DNA of 32,000 nt from Dickeya dadantii NCPPB 898 (GTDB lineage: Bacteria; Pseudomonadota; Gammaproteobacteria; Enterobacterales; Enterobacteriaceae). The DNA lies in assembly GCF_000406145.1 (NCBI RefSeq), contig NZ_CM001976.1, forward strand, positions 567,260-599,259. The letters are read 5' to 3'. The notes under the pieces are model-generated. The model saw only the letters and a list, made by a program, of their open reading frames with translations. It ran no database searches and was not told the DNA's origin. The position numbers were made by a program, and so were the translations under genes. Every line of letters begins with the position of its first letter. The stretch's first letter is position 1. Positions 1 to 11,944 of the stretch are shown piece by piece.

Positions 1-156
1 ACCGGGATACTTACAGATCAAGCGTGTTCTGCGTAAGGAACTCCAGACACGCGGTATTGAACCAAAAGGCTGAACAGTGGTTTTAGCCAGTGATATAGCA
101 AATCCTAACGTAGCAAAAGACGTTTGGCAGAATGCCCGGATGGTTTTAAGACAACG

Positions 157-197
157 CTCCTGACGGGTTTTCTATCACATAGAAAGCCCGTCAGGAG
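157..197. terminator. Long perfect hairpin just 3' of the integrase gene (possible terminator)
   Basis: The sequence ctcctgacggg-t-tttctat-cac-atagaaa-g-cccgtcaggag gives a 19-bp stem (one G.U pair) with a 3-nt loop. It lies 28 nt beyond the int stop. There is no clear U-tract. Confidence 0.35.
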
Positions 198-224
198 CCA
201 ACAAGCGCAGCGCGTTAGCCGCAA

Positions 225-1508
225 TCAATCTTCTCTTCTGTAACTTCTCGCATAAATATACGGTGCGACATATCCTTCGCGGTTTACGTCCAGATAATCC
301 GACCACCACTGCATCATTTCGATTCTGGCTTCCAGATGCTCCGCTTTATGCACGTAGGCAGCCCGTACGCCGTTGCGCTCTTTGTGACTCATCTGCCGCT
401 CAATGGCATCCTTTGACCAGCGCCCGGACTCGTTCAGGGCGCTACAGGCCATGGTTCTGAAACCGTGGCCGCACACCTCGCTTTTGGTGTCATAGCCAAT
501 TACGCGCAGCGCCTTGTTGATGGTGTTTTCACTCATAGGTTTGTTCAGGGTATGTGCGCCGGGAAAAACGAAGACTGATTCGCCAGAAATCGCCTGAATC
601 TGTTTCAGCAGGGCGACCGCTTGCCGTGACAGCGGCACCAGATGCTCATCCTTCATTTTTGCGCCACGCTCTGAGAACCGCACGCCGTTTACCGCCTCGC
701 GCTGGGCGGGCACGCTCCAGATATGCGCCTTGAGATTGAATTCATCCCAACGCGCAAAACGTAGCTCACTGGAGCGCAGGAAAACATGTAGATTCAGCTC
801 CAGCGCCAGACGGGTCAGCATCCGGCCTTTGTAGTTCTCCATCTTCTCCAGTAGTTCAGGCAGGTGTTTTAGCGGTAGGGCGGGATGATGTTGGGTCGCG
901 ACCGGGGTCACGACGCCGTCCAAATCGTAAGCCGGATTGTATTTGATTACGCCCTGCTGGACGGCGTGGCGCATGATTTTGGTCAGATGCTGGCGCACCC
1001 GTCCGGCGACGTCATGCACGCCTTTATCGTCAATCGCCTTAACCAACTGCGCCAGATGGCGGGTTTCAACCTGTGCGATATCCATCGCGCCAATCGCAGG
1101 GAAAACGTAGCGTTTCAGGCAGGTGAGGATTTTATCGGCGTGCGCGTCCGACCAGAGCTTGAGGCTGCTGGTGTGCCACGCCTGAGCGACATACTGAAAG
1201 GTGCGGGATTCCTCAACGGTGGGGGTGTTCGCCTTGCGAAGCTGAGAGGGACTGATGCCGGATGCCAGCAATTTACGCGCCGCATCGCGTTTTTCGCGGG
1301 CTTCTGCCAGTGTGGTTTGGGGGTAGGGACCAAAGGCCAGACGGCTTTCTTTACCGCCGAAGCGATAGCGGAAATACCATAGCTTAGCGCCGCTGGGTGA
1401 TACCGTGAGGTACAGGCCTTGCGAGTCAGTGAGCTTGTAAGATTTTGCGAGAGGTTTCGCGGATCGGACTTTGCTGTCAGTTAACATATGAGGGTCACTC
1501 CCGTTCAT
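225..1508 (-). CDS. int: P4/CP4-57-type tyrosine recombinase (genomic island integrase)
   Basis: The N-terminus LTDSKVRSAKP...YKLTDSQGLYLTVSPSGAKLWYFRYRFGGKE is the typical P4-integrase arm-binding domain. The C-terminus has the HGFR box and RAAYVHKAEHLEAR. It lies directly 3' of tRNA-Phe on the same strand. The real start may be the second Met (MLTDSK). Confidence 0.93.
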   Translation of the reverse strand: MNGSDPHMLTDSKVRSAKPLAKSYKLTDSQGLYLTVSPSGAKLWYFRYRFGGKESRLAFGPYPQTTLAEAREKRDAARKLLASGISPSQLRKANTPTVEESRTFQYVAQAWHTSSLKLWSDAHADKILTCLKRYVFPAIGAMDIAQVETRHLAQLVKAIDDKGVHDVAGRVRQHLTKIMRHAVQQGVIKYNPAYDLDGVVTPVATQHHPALPLKHLPELLEKMENYKGRMLTRLALELNLHVFLRSSELRFARWDEFNLKAHIWSVPAQREAVNGVRFSERGAKMKDEHLVPLSRQAVALLKQIQAISGESVFVFPGAHTLNKPMSENTINKALRVIGYDTKSEVCGHGFRTMACSALNESGRWSKDAIERQMSHKERNGVRAAYVHKAEHLEARIEMMQWWSDYLDVNREGYVAPYIYARSYRRED

Positions 1509-1648
1509 CGAACTGAATGACCCGCAATCTGACCCACAAATTCCCCGATACGAAGGGATAAATCAAAACGCATCGGAAAAGATTTTCACGCCAACTTATT
1601 GAATCGCAACAATATAGGGATTGATAAGGAAGCATGAAAAAGGAAAGG

Positions 1649-1724
1649 TGGTGCCCGGACTCGGAATCGAACCAAGGACACGGGGATTTTCAATCCCCTG
1701 CTCTACCGACTGAGCTATCCGGGC
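1649..1724 (-). tRNA. pheU: tRNA-Phe (anticodon GAA)
   Basis: The reverse complement reads GCCCGGATAGCTCAGTCGGTAGAGCAGGGGATTGAAAATCCCCGTGTCCTTGGTTCGATTCCGAGTCCGGGCACCA. As I recall it, this is identical to E. coli tRNA-Phe. It lies next to yjdC, as pheU does in E. coli. Confidence 0.97.
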
Positions 1725-1886
1725 AACGGGGCGCATTAAACCGGATTCAGGCGGCTTCGTCAACGTGAATTCACCCACTTTTTGACGGTTTGACTGCTTT
1801 TTCGGCGTTTATGCGCTTTTTGCGTAAATAAGCAACAACCTATGGCTGATGGGGTTGTCGGGCGCGATTCGCCGGGCGTGAAAGCG

Positions 1887-2462
1887 TTACGCCAGCGCGC
1901 CGTGTTTCCGGCACATTGCCACGCGCAGGACGTCTTCCGCCAGCCGTTTCGCCACGGTCACGTCGGACAACTGGCGTTTTACCAGCAACTTGCTCAGGCA
2001 GCCTTCCAGAATCAGCTCCAGCTGTAATGCCACCATGTCCGTGTCGTCGGTTTCCAGTTCTTCCAGCAACGCTTTGGTATATTGGTATGAGGCCTGTTTC
2101 TGTTGTTCCGCAATCTGGTGAATAGGGTGGAGTGGGTCCGGAAACGCGCTGCAGGCGGCAATGAACAGGCAGCCGGGAAAACGATGCTGGCTGACGGCGT
2201 CCTGTAGCCGTTGGTAGCGCACCAGCAATTTCTGTTCCGGCCCGAGTTGTTCATCCAGTTGCACCTGCTTACGCCAGGTATTCACCTGCTGGCTGTGGTA
2301 ACGCAGGCTGTCGTACAGCAGGGCTTCACGGTCGGGCCAGAAGGGCAGCAGTTCGGCCGGAGAGACGCCCAACTGGTCGGCCAGCATTTCCAGCGTTGTG
2401 TCGGCGAATCCGCGCCGTTCCAGCAAGGCCAGCGCCTGCTCCAGAACTTCTTCCCGTTGCAT
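1887..2462 (-). CDS. yjdC: TetR-family transcriptional regulator, YjdC homolog
   Basis: [28 protein letters not shown]... aligns with E. coli YjdC from its first Met. AGGAGG lies 6 nt upstream of the ATG at 2462. The gene is syntenic with dsbD. Confidence 0.88.
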   Translation of the reverse strand: MQREEVLEQALALLERRGFADTTLEMLADQLGVSPAELLPFWPDREALLYDSLRYHSQQVNTWRKQVQLDEQLGPEQKLLVRYQRLQDAVSQHRFPGCLFIAACSAFPDPLHPIHQIAEQQKQASYQYTKALLEELETDDTDMVALQLELILEGCLSKLLVKRQLSDVTVAKRLAEDVLRVAMCRKHGALA

Positions 2463-2554
2463 CATGTTCCTCCTGCTTATCAACCATCACTAACCAGTGT
2501 GGTGTATCCCCGTTATCTTTCAAGTTTATGAACGACTGCCTCGATAGGGCGATA

Positions 2555-4273
2555 TTAGCGCGCCAGCGTCTGTAAGTGCGCGGTAAACGCGGCGGCGTCC
2601 ATGAAGCCGGTCACCCGCGAGCCTGGAATTTCCCGGCCGCTGGCGTCGAAAAACAGAATAGTCGGTAGCCCCAGCACCTGTAGGTGCTGCAATAGCGCTC
2701 GCTGAGTCTCGTTGTTGGCGGTGACATCCGCCTGCAGCCGTTGCATGGCGGACAACGACTGCTGCACCGCCGCATCGCGGAAGGTGTATTTTTCGAACTC
2801 TTTGCAGGCCACGCACCAGTCGGCGTACAGGTCGAGCATGGTGATGCGGTTGTCGCTGCGGTTCAGCGCCGTGGTCAACTGATCCAGCGTGTTGGTCGGC
2901 GTGAAGTGCAACTGGCTGCCGCTGGTCGGTTCCGCCTGTACCGGTGCGAACACCCAGTCCTGTAGCGGTCGGGCCGCCAGCAACGCGCCCAAAAACAGCA
3001 GAATCTGCACGGCTCGCATGCCGCCGGCATGACTGCGCAGACTGAGGGCAAACGCCCAGCCGAAAAACGCCACGCCGAGCAGCCCCCATAAGCGCCACTC
3101 CCAGGTGTCGCCCAGCACCCTGCCCAGCAGAAATACCGGCAGTGCCAGAATCACAAAGCCGAAACCTTCCTTGACGTGAGTCATCCAGGGGCCGCGTTTG
3201 GGCAGCAGCCGATTACCGAACAGGGTAATCGCCATCAGCGGCAGCCCCATGCCCAGCGCATACAAGTACAGTGAGCCGCCGCCGGCCAGCAGGTTGCCGC
3301 TCTGGGCGATGTACAACAGCAACGCGCTGAGCGGCGCGGTGGTGCAGGGCGAGCAAATCAGCCCGGCCAGCGCGCCCATCGCAAATACCCCGGCAGCGGA
3401 GCCGCTCTGCTGGCGATTGCTCCACAGAGTTAGACGCGTTTGCAGGGATGACGGCAACTGCAGGCTATAAACGCCGAACATCGACAGCGCCAGCGCGACA
3501 AACATCACCGACAGCCCGATCAGAACGTAAGGGTGTTGCAGCGCCGCCTGAAAACGCAGACCCGCCGCCGCCACTACCAGGCCGAGCAGGGTGTAGGTCA
3601 GCGCCATCCCCTGCACATACACCAGCGTCAGCAGCAGAGTGCAGCCGGCGGACAGGCGTTGCTGGCGGCCGAGAATCAGCCCGGAAATCAGCGGGTACAT
3701 CGGCAGTACGCAGGGGGTGAAGGCAACGCCAATACCGATGAGCAGCGCCCATAGCGGCGAGAACGGCAACTGCGGGGTATACGCGCGGTCCGGCTGCGGC
3801 GTGACGGCGGCCGGCACCTTGGGTGTCCCGCTACTGATGGCGCTGAGCGGCACCGAACGGGTTTCCGGCGGGTAGCAGAAACCGGCGTCGGCACAGCCCT
3901 GATAGGTGATGCTGAGCGAGGCGCCGGGCGGCACGTCGCGCAAGGGGACATTGAGCGTCAGCGACTGGCGGTAGATTGCCACCTCGCCGAAAAATTCATC
4001 CCGATGTTGTTCTCCGGGCGGCAACGTCAGGCCCGGCGGCGCGATGAGCGCGCTATCCAGCTTGATTTGCTGGCGATACAGGTAATAACCGGGGTGAATT
4101 TGCCAGTTTAACATCAGCCGATCGCCGCGCTGTTGAAAATCGAAGGCAAAAGCCTGATCTACCGGCAGGAACTGAGGCTGTGCGCTGCGACCGAAAGGGT
4201 TTTGCGCCGGCACCAGGGTACTGAAAAACAGGCTGAGGCACAGAACCGTCAGCGTAAAGATGCGTTGAGCCAT
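2555..4273 (-). CDS. dsbD: Thiol:disulfide interchange protein DsbD
   Basis: The protein is full length (572 aa) and similar to E. coli DsbD. Matching motifs include MAQRIFTL..., [25 protein letters not shown] and the C-terminal thioredoxin motif [14 protein letters not shown]. Confidence 0.96.
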   Translation of the reverse strand: MAQRIFTLTVLCLSLFFSTLVPAQNPFGRSAQPQFLPVDQAFAFDFQQRGDRLMLNWQIHPGYYLYRQQIKLDSALIAPPGLTLPPGEQHRDEFFGEVAIYRQSLTLNVPLRDVPPGASLSITYQGCADAGFCYPPETRSVPLSAISSGTPKVPAAVTPQPDRAYTPQLPFSPLWALLIGIGVAFTPCVLPMYPLISGLILGRQQRLSAGCTLLLTLVYVQGMALTYTLLGLVVAAAGLRFQAALQHPYVLIGLSVMFVALALSMFGVYSLQLPSSLQTRLTLWSNRQQSGSAAGVFAMGALAGLICSPCTTAPLSALLLYIAQSGNLLAGGGSLYLYALGMGLPLMAITLFGNRLLPKRGPWMTHVKEGFGFVILALPVFLLGRVLGDTWEWRLWGLLGVAFFGWAFALSLRSHAGGMRAVQILLFLGALLAARPLQDWVFAPVQAEPTSGSQLHFTPTNTLDQLTTALNRSDNRITMLDLYADWCVACKEFEKYTFRDAAVQQSLSAMQRLQADVTANNETQRALLQHLQVLGLPTILFFDASGREIPGSRVTGFMDAAAFTAHLQTLAR

Positions 4274-4650
4274 GAGAGATAATCGCTGTCGCCACCCTCG
4301 ACCGGCAGCACCAGCAGTTCTGGTGTCTGGTAAGGATGCTGTTGTTTCAGGTGAGTCAGCAGTGCGGACTGATGTTCCCTGTCGCTTTTAAGCAGCAGTT
4401 GAATTTCCGTCTGCTGTTCCAGTTTGCCTTCCCAGTGATACAGGGAAGTTGCGCCCGGCAATAAGGTGACGCAGGCGGCCAGACGCGCATCCAGCGCAGA
4501 TTGGGCCAACTGTCGGGCGCAGTTTTCATCGGGCGCGGTGCACAGTATTACTACCGCGGCGTTGTTTAATAACGCATTACTGTTTAATAACGCATTATCG
4601 ATTGATAACGGATTATCGTTTGATAACGCACAGTCGTTGGAGTCTGACAT
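4249..4650 (-). CDS. cutA: Divalent-cation tolerance protein CutA with an N-terminal repeat extension
   Basis: The core [10 protein letters not shown]...[12 protein letters not shown]...[24 protein letters not shown] matches E. coli CutA. The ATG at 4650 is preceded by GAGG, so it is preferred over the upstream GTG at 4680. The 3' end overlaps the dsbD start. Confidence 0.9.
   Translation of the reverse strand: MSDSNDCALSNDNPLSIDNALLNSNALLNNAAVVILCTAPDENCARQLAQSALDARLAACVTLLPGATSLYHWEGKLEQQTEIQLLLKSDREHQSALLTHLKQQHPYQTPELLVLPVEGGDSDYLSWLNASLR
4564..4635. repeat. Four imperfect tandem 18-bp units inside the cutA 5' coding region
   Basis: The units are gtttaataacgcattact / gtttaataacgcattatc / gattgataacggattatc / gtttgataacgcacagtc. 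They are in frame and encode hexapeptide repeats ([18 protein letters not shown]). Confidence 0.8.
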
Positions 4651-4764
4651 CGTGACCTCGATAGCGGTAACGGTTGACACACTATACCGTGCGGGGTCGG
4701 CAATCGTAAGGCCGGATCGGCGCCGGAACGCCGATCCGAAAAAACTTTACGATTCGGCGGTGCG

Positions 4765-6066
4765 TTACAGCACCAGATGACCAATGACGAAGCCGAAGGT
4801 CACCGACAGCGAAATCGCCACCACGCCGGGGATCAGGAACGCGTGGTTGAACACGTACTTGCCGATGCGGGTCGAGCCGGTGTCATCCATTTCCACCGCC
4901 GCCAGCAGCGTGGGGTAGGTGGGCAGCACGAACAGCGCCGATACCGCGGCAAACGAGGCGATCGCCGTCACCGGGCTGACGCCCAGCAGCAGCGCAGCAG
5001 GCATCAGCGCTTTCGCGGTGGCGGCCTGCGAATAGAGTAACGTTGCGGCGAAGAACAGCACCACCGCCAGCATCCACGGATGGCTCTGCAATAGCGAGCC
5101 CGCTGTACTCTGGATATCGGCAAGGTGCGCTTTGACGAAGGTATCGCCCAGCCAGGCGACGCCCATCACGCACACGCAGGCGCTCATGCCGGACTTGAAG
5201 GTGCTGGCGCTAAGGATGTGGGAGGTATCGACCTGACAAGTCAGGCAGATCAGCGTGGCGATGGTCAGCATGAATACCACGATCGCTTCGTTGCGCGGCA
5301 GCACCGGGTTCTGAATCAGCCCGACGGTGTCGCTGATGGCGGTGGCGTACAGCACCACGGCGATGATGCCGACCAGAAACAGCCCGACCGACCGTTTGGC
5401 GCCCGGTTTCAGCATCAGTTGACCGTGTCCGCGCAGGGCGACTTCGCCTTTGCGCAGGCGCTCCTGATAGACCTCGTCATCTTTCAGTTCTTTGCCGAGA
5501 AAGTTGGTGAGCACGGCGGTCAGCAGGATGGCGATCAGCGTACTGGGGATGCAGATGCCGAGCAGCGCCAGATAGCTCACGCCTTTCGGTTCCAGCAGAC
5601 CGGCGACGAAGACCACGGCGGCGGAGATCGGCGAGGCGGTAATGGCGATCTGCGAGGCGACCACCGCGATCGACAGCGGGCGGGACGGGCGGATGCCCTG
5701 TTCCTTCGCCACCTCGGCGATAACCGGCAGGGTGGAGAACGCGGTGTGGCCGGTGCCTGCCAGCAGCGTCATGAAGTAGGTCACCAGCGGGGCGAGAAAG
5801 GTGACGTAACGCGGCTGACGGCGCAGCAGCTTTTCCGCCAGACTGACCAGATAATCCATGCCGCCCGCTACCTGCATGGCGGCGATGGCGGCGATGACCG
5901 CCATGATGATTTCAATTACGTCAAACGGGATCGCGCCCGGTTTGATGTGAAACCCCAGCGTCAGAACCAGTACGCCCAGCCCGCCGGCGAAACCGATGCC
6001 GATGCCGCCGAGTCTGGCGCCCAGATAAATAGCGAGGAGTACGATAAACAGTTCCAGAATAACCAT
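4765..6066 (-). CDS. dcuA: Anaerobic C4-dicarboxylate transporter DcuA
   Basis: MVILELFIVLLAIYLGARLGGIGIGFAGGLGV... aligns with E. coli DcuA (433 aa) from residue 1. The 52 extra N-terminal codons in the ORF track are not part of the gene. Confidence 0.95.
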   Translation of the reverse strand: MVILELFIVLLAIYLGARLGGIGIGFAGGLGVLVLTLGFHIKPGAIPFDVIEIIMAVIAAIAAMQVAGGMDYLVSLAEKLLRRQPRYVTFLAPLVTYFMTLLAGTGHTAFSTLPVIAEVAKEQGIRPSRPLSIAVVASQIAITASPISAAVVFVAGLLEPKGVSYLALLGICIPSTLIAILLTAVLTNFLGKELKDDEVYQERLRKGEVALRGHGQLMLKPGAKRSVGLFLVGIIAVVLYATAISDTVGLIQNPVLPRNEAIVVFMLTIATLICLTCQVDTSHILSASTFKSGMSACVCVMGVAWLGDTFVKAHLADIQSTAGSLLQSHPWMLAVVLFFAATLLYSQAATAKALMPAALLLGVSPVTAIASFAAVSALFVLPTYPTLLAAVEMDDTGSTRIGKYVFNHAFLIPGVVAISLSVTFGFVIGHLVL

Positions 6067-6187
6067 GTTGATGTTCCTTCTGATTTTGTTGTCCGTGACA
6101 TTGCAAAACGTCTTTCCATATCTTTTTCTTATGATTATGGCGAAAGCCTGGCCTTTTGCGGCGCGGATAAAATAGCGGATAGAATAA

Positions 6188-6219
6188 AGGCACGCAGCCC
6201 GGACAGGACTGACGTGCCT
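6188..6219 (-). terminator. Probable aspA intrinsic terminator
   Basis: On the minus strand the stem is aggcacg...cgtgcct, followed by ttattctat. It lies 22 nt downstream of the aspA stop. Confidence 0.45.
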
Positions 6220-6240
6220 CACAGAGAAGACAGCGCGGAA

Positions 6241-7680
6241 TTACGACGCGTCTTGATCTTCGGTGTAGCGTTTGGCTTTGTAAGCCGGATGCATCAGGTT
6301 TTGCACCGAGAAGATGTCGTCCAGTTCGGCTTCGGTCAGCAGACCGCGTTCCAGCACCACTTCACGCACGCTCTTGCCGGTTTCGGCGCAGATCTTGCCG
6401 ACGATGTCGCCGTTGTGGTGACCGATGAACGGGTTCAGGTACGTGACGATGCCGATGGAGTTAAACACGTAGGATTCGCAAACGTCTTTGTTAGCGGTGA
6501 TGCCTTCGACGCATTTCTCCAGCAGGTTGTAGCAAGCGTTGGTCAGAATCTGGGTGGATTCGAACATTGCCTGGCCGATGACCGGTTCCATCACGTTCAA
6601 CTGCAACTGGCCGGCTTCAGCCGCCATGGTGACGCAGGTGTCGTTGCCGATGACTTTGAAGCACACCTGGTTGACCACCTCCGGCACCACCGGGTTGACC
6701 TTGGCGGGCATGATGGAGGAACCGGCCTGCAACTCCGGCAGGTTGATTTCGTTCAGACCGGCGCGCGGGCCGGAAGAGAGCAGGCGCAGGTCGTTACAGA
6801 TCTTGGACAGTTTGACCGCCAGACGTTTCAGCGTGCTGTGCACCATCACGTAGGCGCCGCAGTCGGAGGTGGCTTCGATCAGGTCTTCCGCCGGCACGCA
6901 CGCCAGTTTGCTGACTTCCGCCAGTTTTTGTACCGCCAGCGGTTGATAGCCTTCCGGCGTGTTCAGACGGGTGCCGATAGCGGTGGCGCCGAGGTTCACT
7001 TCCAGCAGCAGTTCCGCGGTGCGCAGCAGGTTTTTGTTCTCTTCTTTCAGCAGGACGTTGAAAGCGTGGAACTCCTGGCCCAGCGACATCGGTACGGCAT
7101 CCTGCAACTGGGTACGGCCCATTTTCAGGATGTTTTCGAATGCTTTCGCCTTCTGCTCAAAGCCATCGCCCAGTACGGTTACGGCTTCGACCAGTTTCAG
7201 AATGCAGTTGTACACCGCGATGCGGAAACCGGTGGGGTAGGCATCGTTGGTGGACTGGCATTTGTTGACGTGATCATTGGGGTTAAGGTACTGATATTCG
7301 CCTTTTTTATGGCCCATCAGTTCCAGACCAATGTTGGCCAGCACTTCGTTGGTGTTCATGTTGACGGACGTGCCCGCGCCTCCCTGAAACACGTCGACCG
7401 GAAACTGGTCCAGGCATTTGCCGTTGACCAGTACTTCATCGCAGGCTTTGATGATGGTGTCGGCAATCTTGCGCGGTATGGTCTGAAGTTCACGGTTAGC
7501 CATGGCCGCGGCTTTTTTGACCATTACCATGCCGCGTACGAATTCCGGAATGTCGCTGATTTTCTGGTTGCTGATATAGAAGTTTTCTATCGCGCGCAGG
7601 GTGTGGACGCCGTAATAGGCATCAGCAGGAACTTCTCTGGTACCTAACAGATCTTCTTCAATACGAATGTTATCTGACAT
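6241..7680 (-). CDS. aspA: Aspartate ammonia-lyase
   Basis: The 479-aa protein is nearly collinear with E. coli AspA. Matches include [34 protein letters not shown]... and the signature [11 protein letters not shown]. Confidence 0.97.
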   Translation of the reverse strand: MSDNIRIEEDLLGTREVPADAYYGVHTLRAIENFYISNQKISDIPEFVRGMVMVKKAAAMANRELQTIPRKIADTIIKACDEVLVNGKCLDQFPVDVFQGGAGTSVNMNTNEVLANIGLELMGHKKGEYQYLNPNDHVNKCQSTNDAYPTGFRIAVYNCILKLVEAVTVLGDGFEQKAKAFENILKMGRTQLQDAVPMSLGQEFHAFNVLLKEENKNLLRTAELLLEVNLGATAIGTRLNTPEGYQPLAVQKLAEVSKLACVPAEDLIEATSDCGAYVMVHSTLKRLAVKLSKICNDLRLLSSGPRAGLNEINLPELQAGSSIMPAKVNPVVPEVVNQVCFKVIGNDTCVTMAAEAGQLQLNVMEPVIGQAMFESTQILTNACYNLLEKCVEGITANKDVCESYVFNSIGIVTYLNPFIGHHNGDIVGKICAETGKSVREVVLERGLLTEAELDDIFSVQNLMHPAYKAKRYTEDQDAS

Positions 7681-8122
7681 GAGAGCCTTCTCTTACTTCT
7701 GTCGATTAGAATTTATAGGATGTATCGTCTTACCGTGGAGGACAGCAGCAGAATGTTTAACCATCATGCTGGCTGTTGTTGTTATGATATTCTGTTGTTA
7801 CGCGGGATTTCCGTTGCCCCGATCACATATGGGCGGTCATCTCTCTCCTACTGTGTGAACTGTGATGAGGGTCATGACCGTGGTGCGGGAATAAACGGAT
7901 ACATCCCCATCATGGTTGAAAAATGGCATTTGCACTACCATCTCCTGATTAGCGTCCGCCGGTATGGGTAAATGGCGTGTTCAAGTATAAGGTACTGTAC
8001 CACGCTAACTGGTCGTATCTTCATACCTGATCGTGATGACAACGCGAGGTAAGGAGTATTACCGCGTGTTGCCGGGTAAACATTTTTATCAACGGGTTAC
8101 ATATCAACCACAGGAGCTTTGG

Positions 8123-8650
8123 GTGCGCTGGTTACCGCTTTTGCTGATTTTTCTGTTCGTTTACATCGAAGTCTCCATTTTCGTTCGGGTGGCCGAAGTG
8201 CTGGGCGTGGCGCCTACCCTGCTGTTGGTGGTGCTGACGTCCTGTATCGGGATCTCCATGGTGCGTAATCAGGGTGTGAAAAACATCATGCTGATGCAGC
8301 AGCGCCTGCAAGCGGGGGAAAGCCCGGCGGCCGAGCTGGTTAAAAGCGTATCTTTGATTCTGGCCGGTTTCCTGCTGGTGGTGCCGGGATTTTTCACCGA
8401 CTTTCTCGGCTTGTTATTGCTGCTGCCGCCAGTGCAGAAGCACCTGACGCTCAAGCTGATGCCGCACCTGCAAATCTGGCGCGGCCGTCCGGGGCCGGGC
8501 GGTCACGGCGGGCAGGGCAATGTGTTTGAAGGCGAGTTTCAGCGCAAAGACGACCATGAGCGGCTGGACCAATCCAAATCCGATGACGACCATCATCACG
8601 ACGGCAACTCTCACAACGGCAATCCGCCCAGCGGTTCTTCACCGCGTTGA
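8123..8650 (+). CDS. fxsA: FxsA family membrane protein with a His/Asp-rich C-terminal tail
   Basis: From the GTG at 8123 (AGGAG 6 nt upstream) the product (V)RWLPLLLIFLFVYIEVSIFVRVAEVLGV... aligns with E. coli FxsA residue 1. The tail KSDDDHHHDGNSHNGNPPSGSSPR is additional. Confidence 0.88.
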   Translation: MRWLPLLLIFLFVYIEVSIFVRVAEVLGVAPTLLLVVLTSCIGISMVRNQGVKNIMLMQQRLQAGESPAAELVKSVSLILAGFLLVVPGFFTDFLGLLLLLPPVQKHLTLKLMPHLQIWRGRPGPGGHGGQGNVFEGEFQRKDDHERLDQSKSDDDHHHDGNSHNGNPPSGSSPR

Positions 8651-8732
8651 CTCCGGTCGGAAGGGGCGCGGAACGGCGCCGGGCGCAGGCCGGCGGAAAA
8701 ATTTCACTTAACGCAAAAAAAATTTCTTTTTT

Positions 8733-8763
8733 CCCTTGAAGCGTCGTGAAACGTCCCCACTTA
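8733..8763 (+). promoter_or_regulatory. Sigma32 heat-shock promoter of groESL
   Basis: CCCTTGAA (8733-8740), a 14-nt spacer, then CCCCACTTA (8755-8763). This matches the sigma32 consensus CTTGAA-N13-15-CCCCATnT and the E. coli groE promoter layout. It lies about 80 nt upstream of groES. Confidence 0.8.
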
Positions 8764-8810
8764 GTTCACCACAAGGCCGGATGCCAGAGCGCATCCGGCG
8801 TTTAACCTAA

Positions 8811-9137
<327 letters not shown>

Positions 9138-9160
9138 TCTCACGTAATCATCTGAACTGA

Positions 9161-10834
<1,674 letters not shown>

Positions 10835-11498
10835 TGCGACGAGAGTCGTGTAGGTAGCTAGCCGAGCGGACTACTTCCGTAGTGAACGTATGCGACTGTA
10901 TACGTTCACTATTTCCCGCTAAATTAGCATGAATGTGATAAATGTCCGATGTTCCGGACTTTAAATTCATCCGGAACATTGGCCCTTCGCAAAGCGAAGG
11001 CTAATCTCTGGATGCGACTTTAAAGTCAGTATCCGTTCTAATCTGTTTAAATATTTTATCTTTTTAAATTGTTTGATTTTCAAACAAATACTTAAACTGT
11101 TTAAAACTATTTAACGTCAAGAAAGGTGCACGCCGAAGCAAGCCGCTATCGATTGGTTTGTGATGCAGCGGGGCTAACATCGCCTTTATCTAAATTATGC
11201 GCACTAGCACCTACCGGTGTGAAGCTGTGCTGATGATTGTCTGACTGTATCTATGTTTGGTGCAGAGACAGACCTGTTATGCAACTAACAGTAGCCTAGG
11301 AGCAGCGCGTCACCAGCAATGGTGGGGTGTGAGAGCGCTCTGACAACGTACTCCCTGTTTTTCGGGTGTTGTTTCACCGTGAGGTGAGCAATGGATTTCG
11401 CCAGTAGTAGGTGAATGAGAGGCAAGGCTGGATCATAGGGTTAACGTTAAGTGAACTGCCATAAGCACCGTCAGCCGCAAGCAGCAAAAGCTACTGAT

Positions 11499-11542
11499 AT
11501 GCTGCGACCAAAAGGTACAAGGTCGGCTATTCCTTTTACATC
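11499..11542 (+). other. EBS2 (11499-11505, AUGCUGC) and EBS1 (11537-11542, UACAUC) of intron domain I
   Basis: Pairing to the contiguous exon 13-mer 10821-10833 gives 7 bp (one G.U) and 6 bp. The two sites are about 30 nt apart, as expected for the EBS loops. Confidence 0.7.
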
Positions 11543-11944
11543 TGGGAATACGTTGCCATTAGATCTTCGGTGTATAGGCAGAACCTCAGTGATTCGTGTC
11601 ATTAGTATGGAGCTCGGTAAGCCCGTATTTTTGCCCTCGTGGCAGGTGAGTCGTAAGACGAGCTGTTGAAAATGCGGGTAAAGGAGGTTGGAGAAAGCGA
11701 ATGCCATTCTGTAATGGAATGGATAGGGGGTTAAAGGTTCCTCCACCGGAAACGGGGCAGACTTCCGACTGGTCTTTAATTGCGTGCAGTAATGTAAAGC
11801 AATCTAACGTGACAGAAAGAGATTAAGGGCGGTAGTCAACGCCTCTATTTTTACCCCTGCGGGAGCCGATGACACTCCCGCAGGGGGCTGTCTATCTGTT
11901 ACCACACCGGGCTTTCTGAACAAAGCACAGTGGAGGGTAGCAAG

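Noticed and set aside
2-73. A possible C-terminal fragment of a + strand gene entering from the left edge (...PGYLQIKRVLRKELQTRGIEPKG-stop).
   Set aside because: Only 23 codons are visible, so it cannot be distinguished from a chance open frame. It is mentioned under the island finding only.
5125-7647. An 840-aa ORF on the + strand, the longest ORF in the track.
   Set aside because: It lies entirely antisense to dcuA and aspA, both of which have unambiguous homologs. Its composition is low-complexity and rich in G, D, R, A, H and Q, as is typical of shadow ORFs in G+C-rich genes. No recognisable domain is present.
7861-7876. A CRP-like half-palindrome (TGTGATGAGGGTCATG) in the aspA-fxsA intergenic region.
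   Set aside because: Only the left half matches TGTGA-N6-TCACA. The right half matches 3 of 5 positions, which is not enough to call a site without a scoring matrix.
10881-11000. Three consecutive hairpins right after the groEL stop, which at first looked like the groEL terminator region.
   Set aside because: They lack U-tracts. They also lie inside the intron, whose 5' end at 10834 is defined by GUGCG plus EBS/IBS pairing. The canonical terminator is at 14477-14511, downstream of the 3' splice site.
11126-11331. Alternative intron 5' ends at GTGCA (11126), GTGTG (11217) or GTGTG (11327). These would give a more typical distance to the IEP ORF.
   Set aside because: The exon sequences preceding these sites have no convincing, correctly placed EBS1/EBS2 complements. 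GUGCA also violates the conserved G5. The site at 10834 has a 13-nt contiguous IBS2-IBS1 match and regenerates the stop codon. The site at 11327 is kept as a curiosity in the findings.
11451-11746. ORFs of 72 aa (+) and 91 aa (-) upstream of the RT gene.
   Set aside because: They lie within the structured ribozyme domains I-III of the intron, including the EBS loops. They have no SD and no similarity to any protein I recognise.
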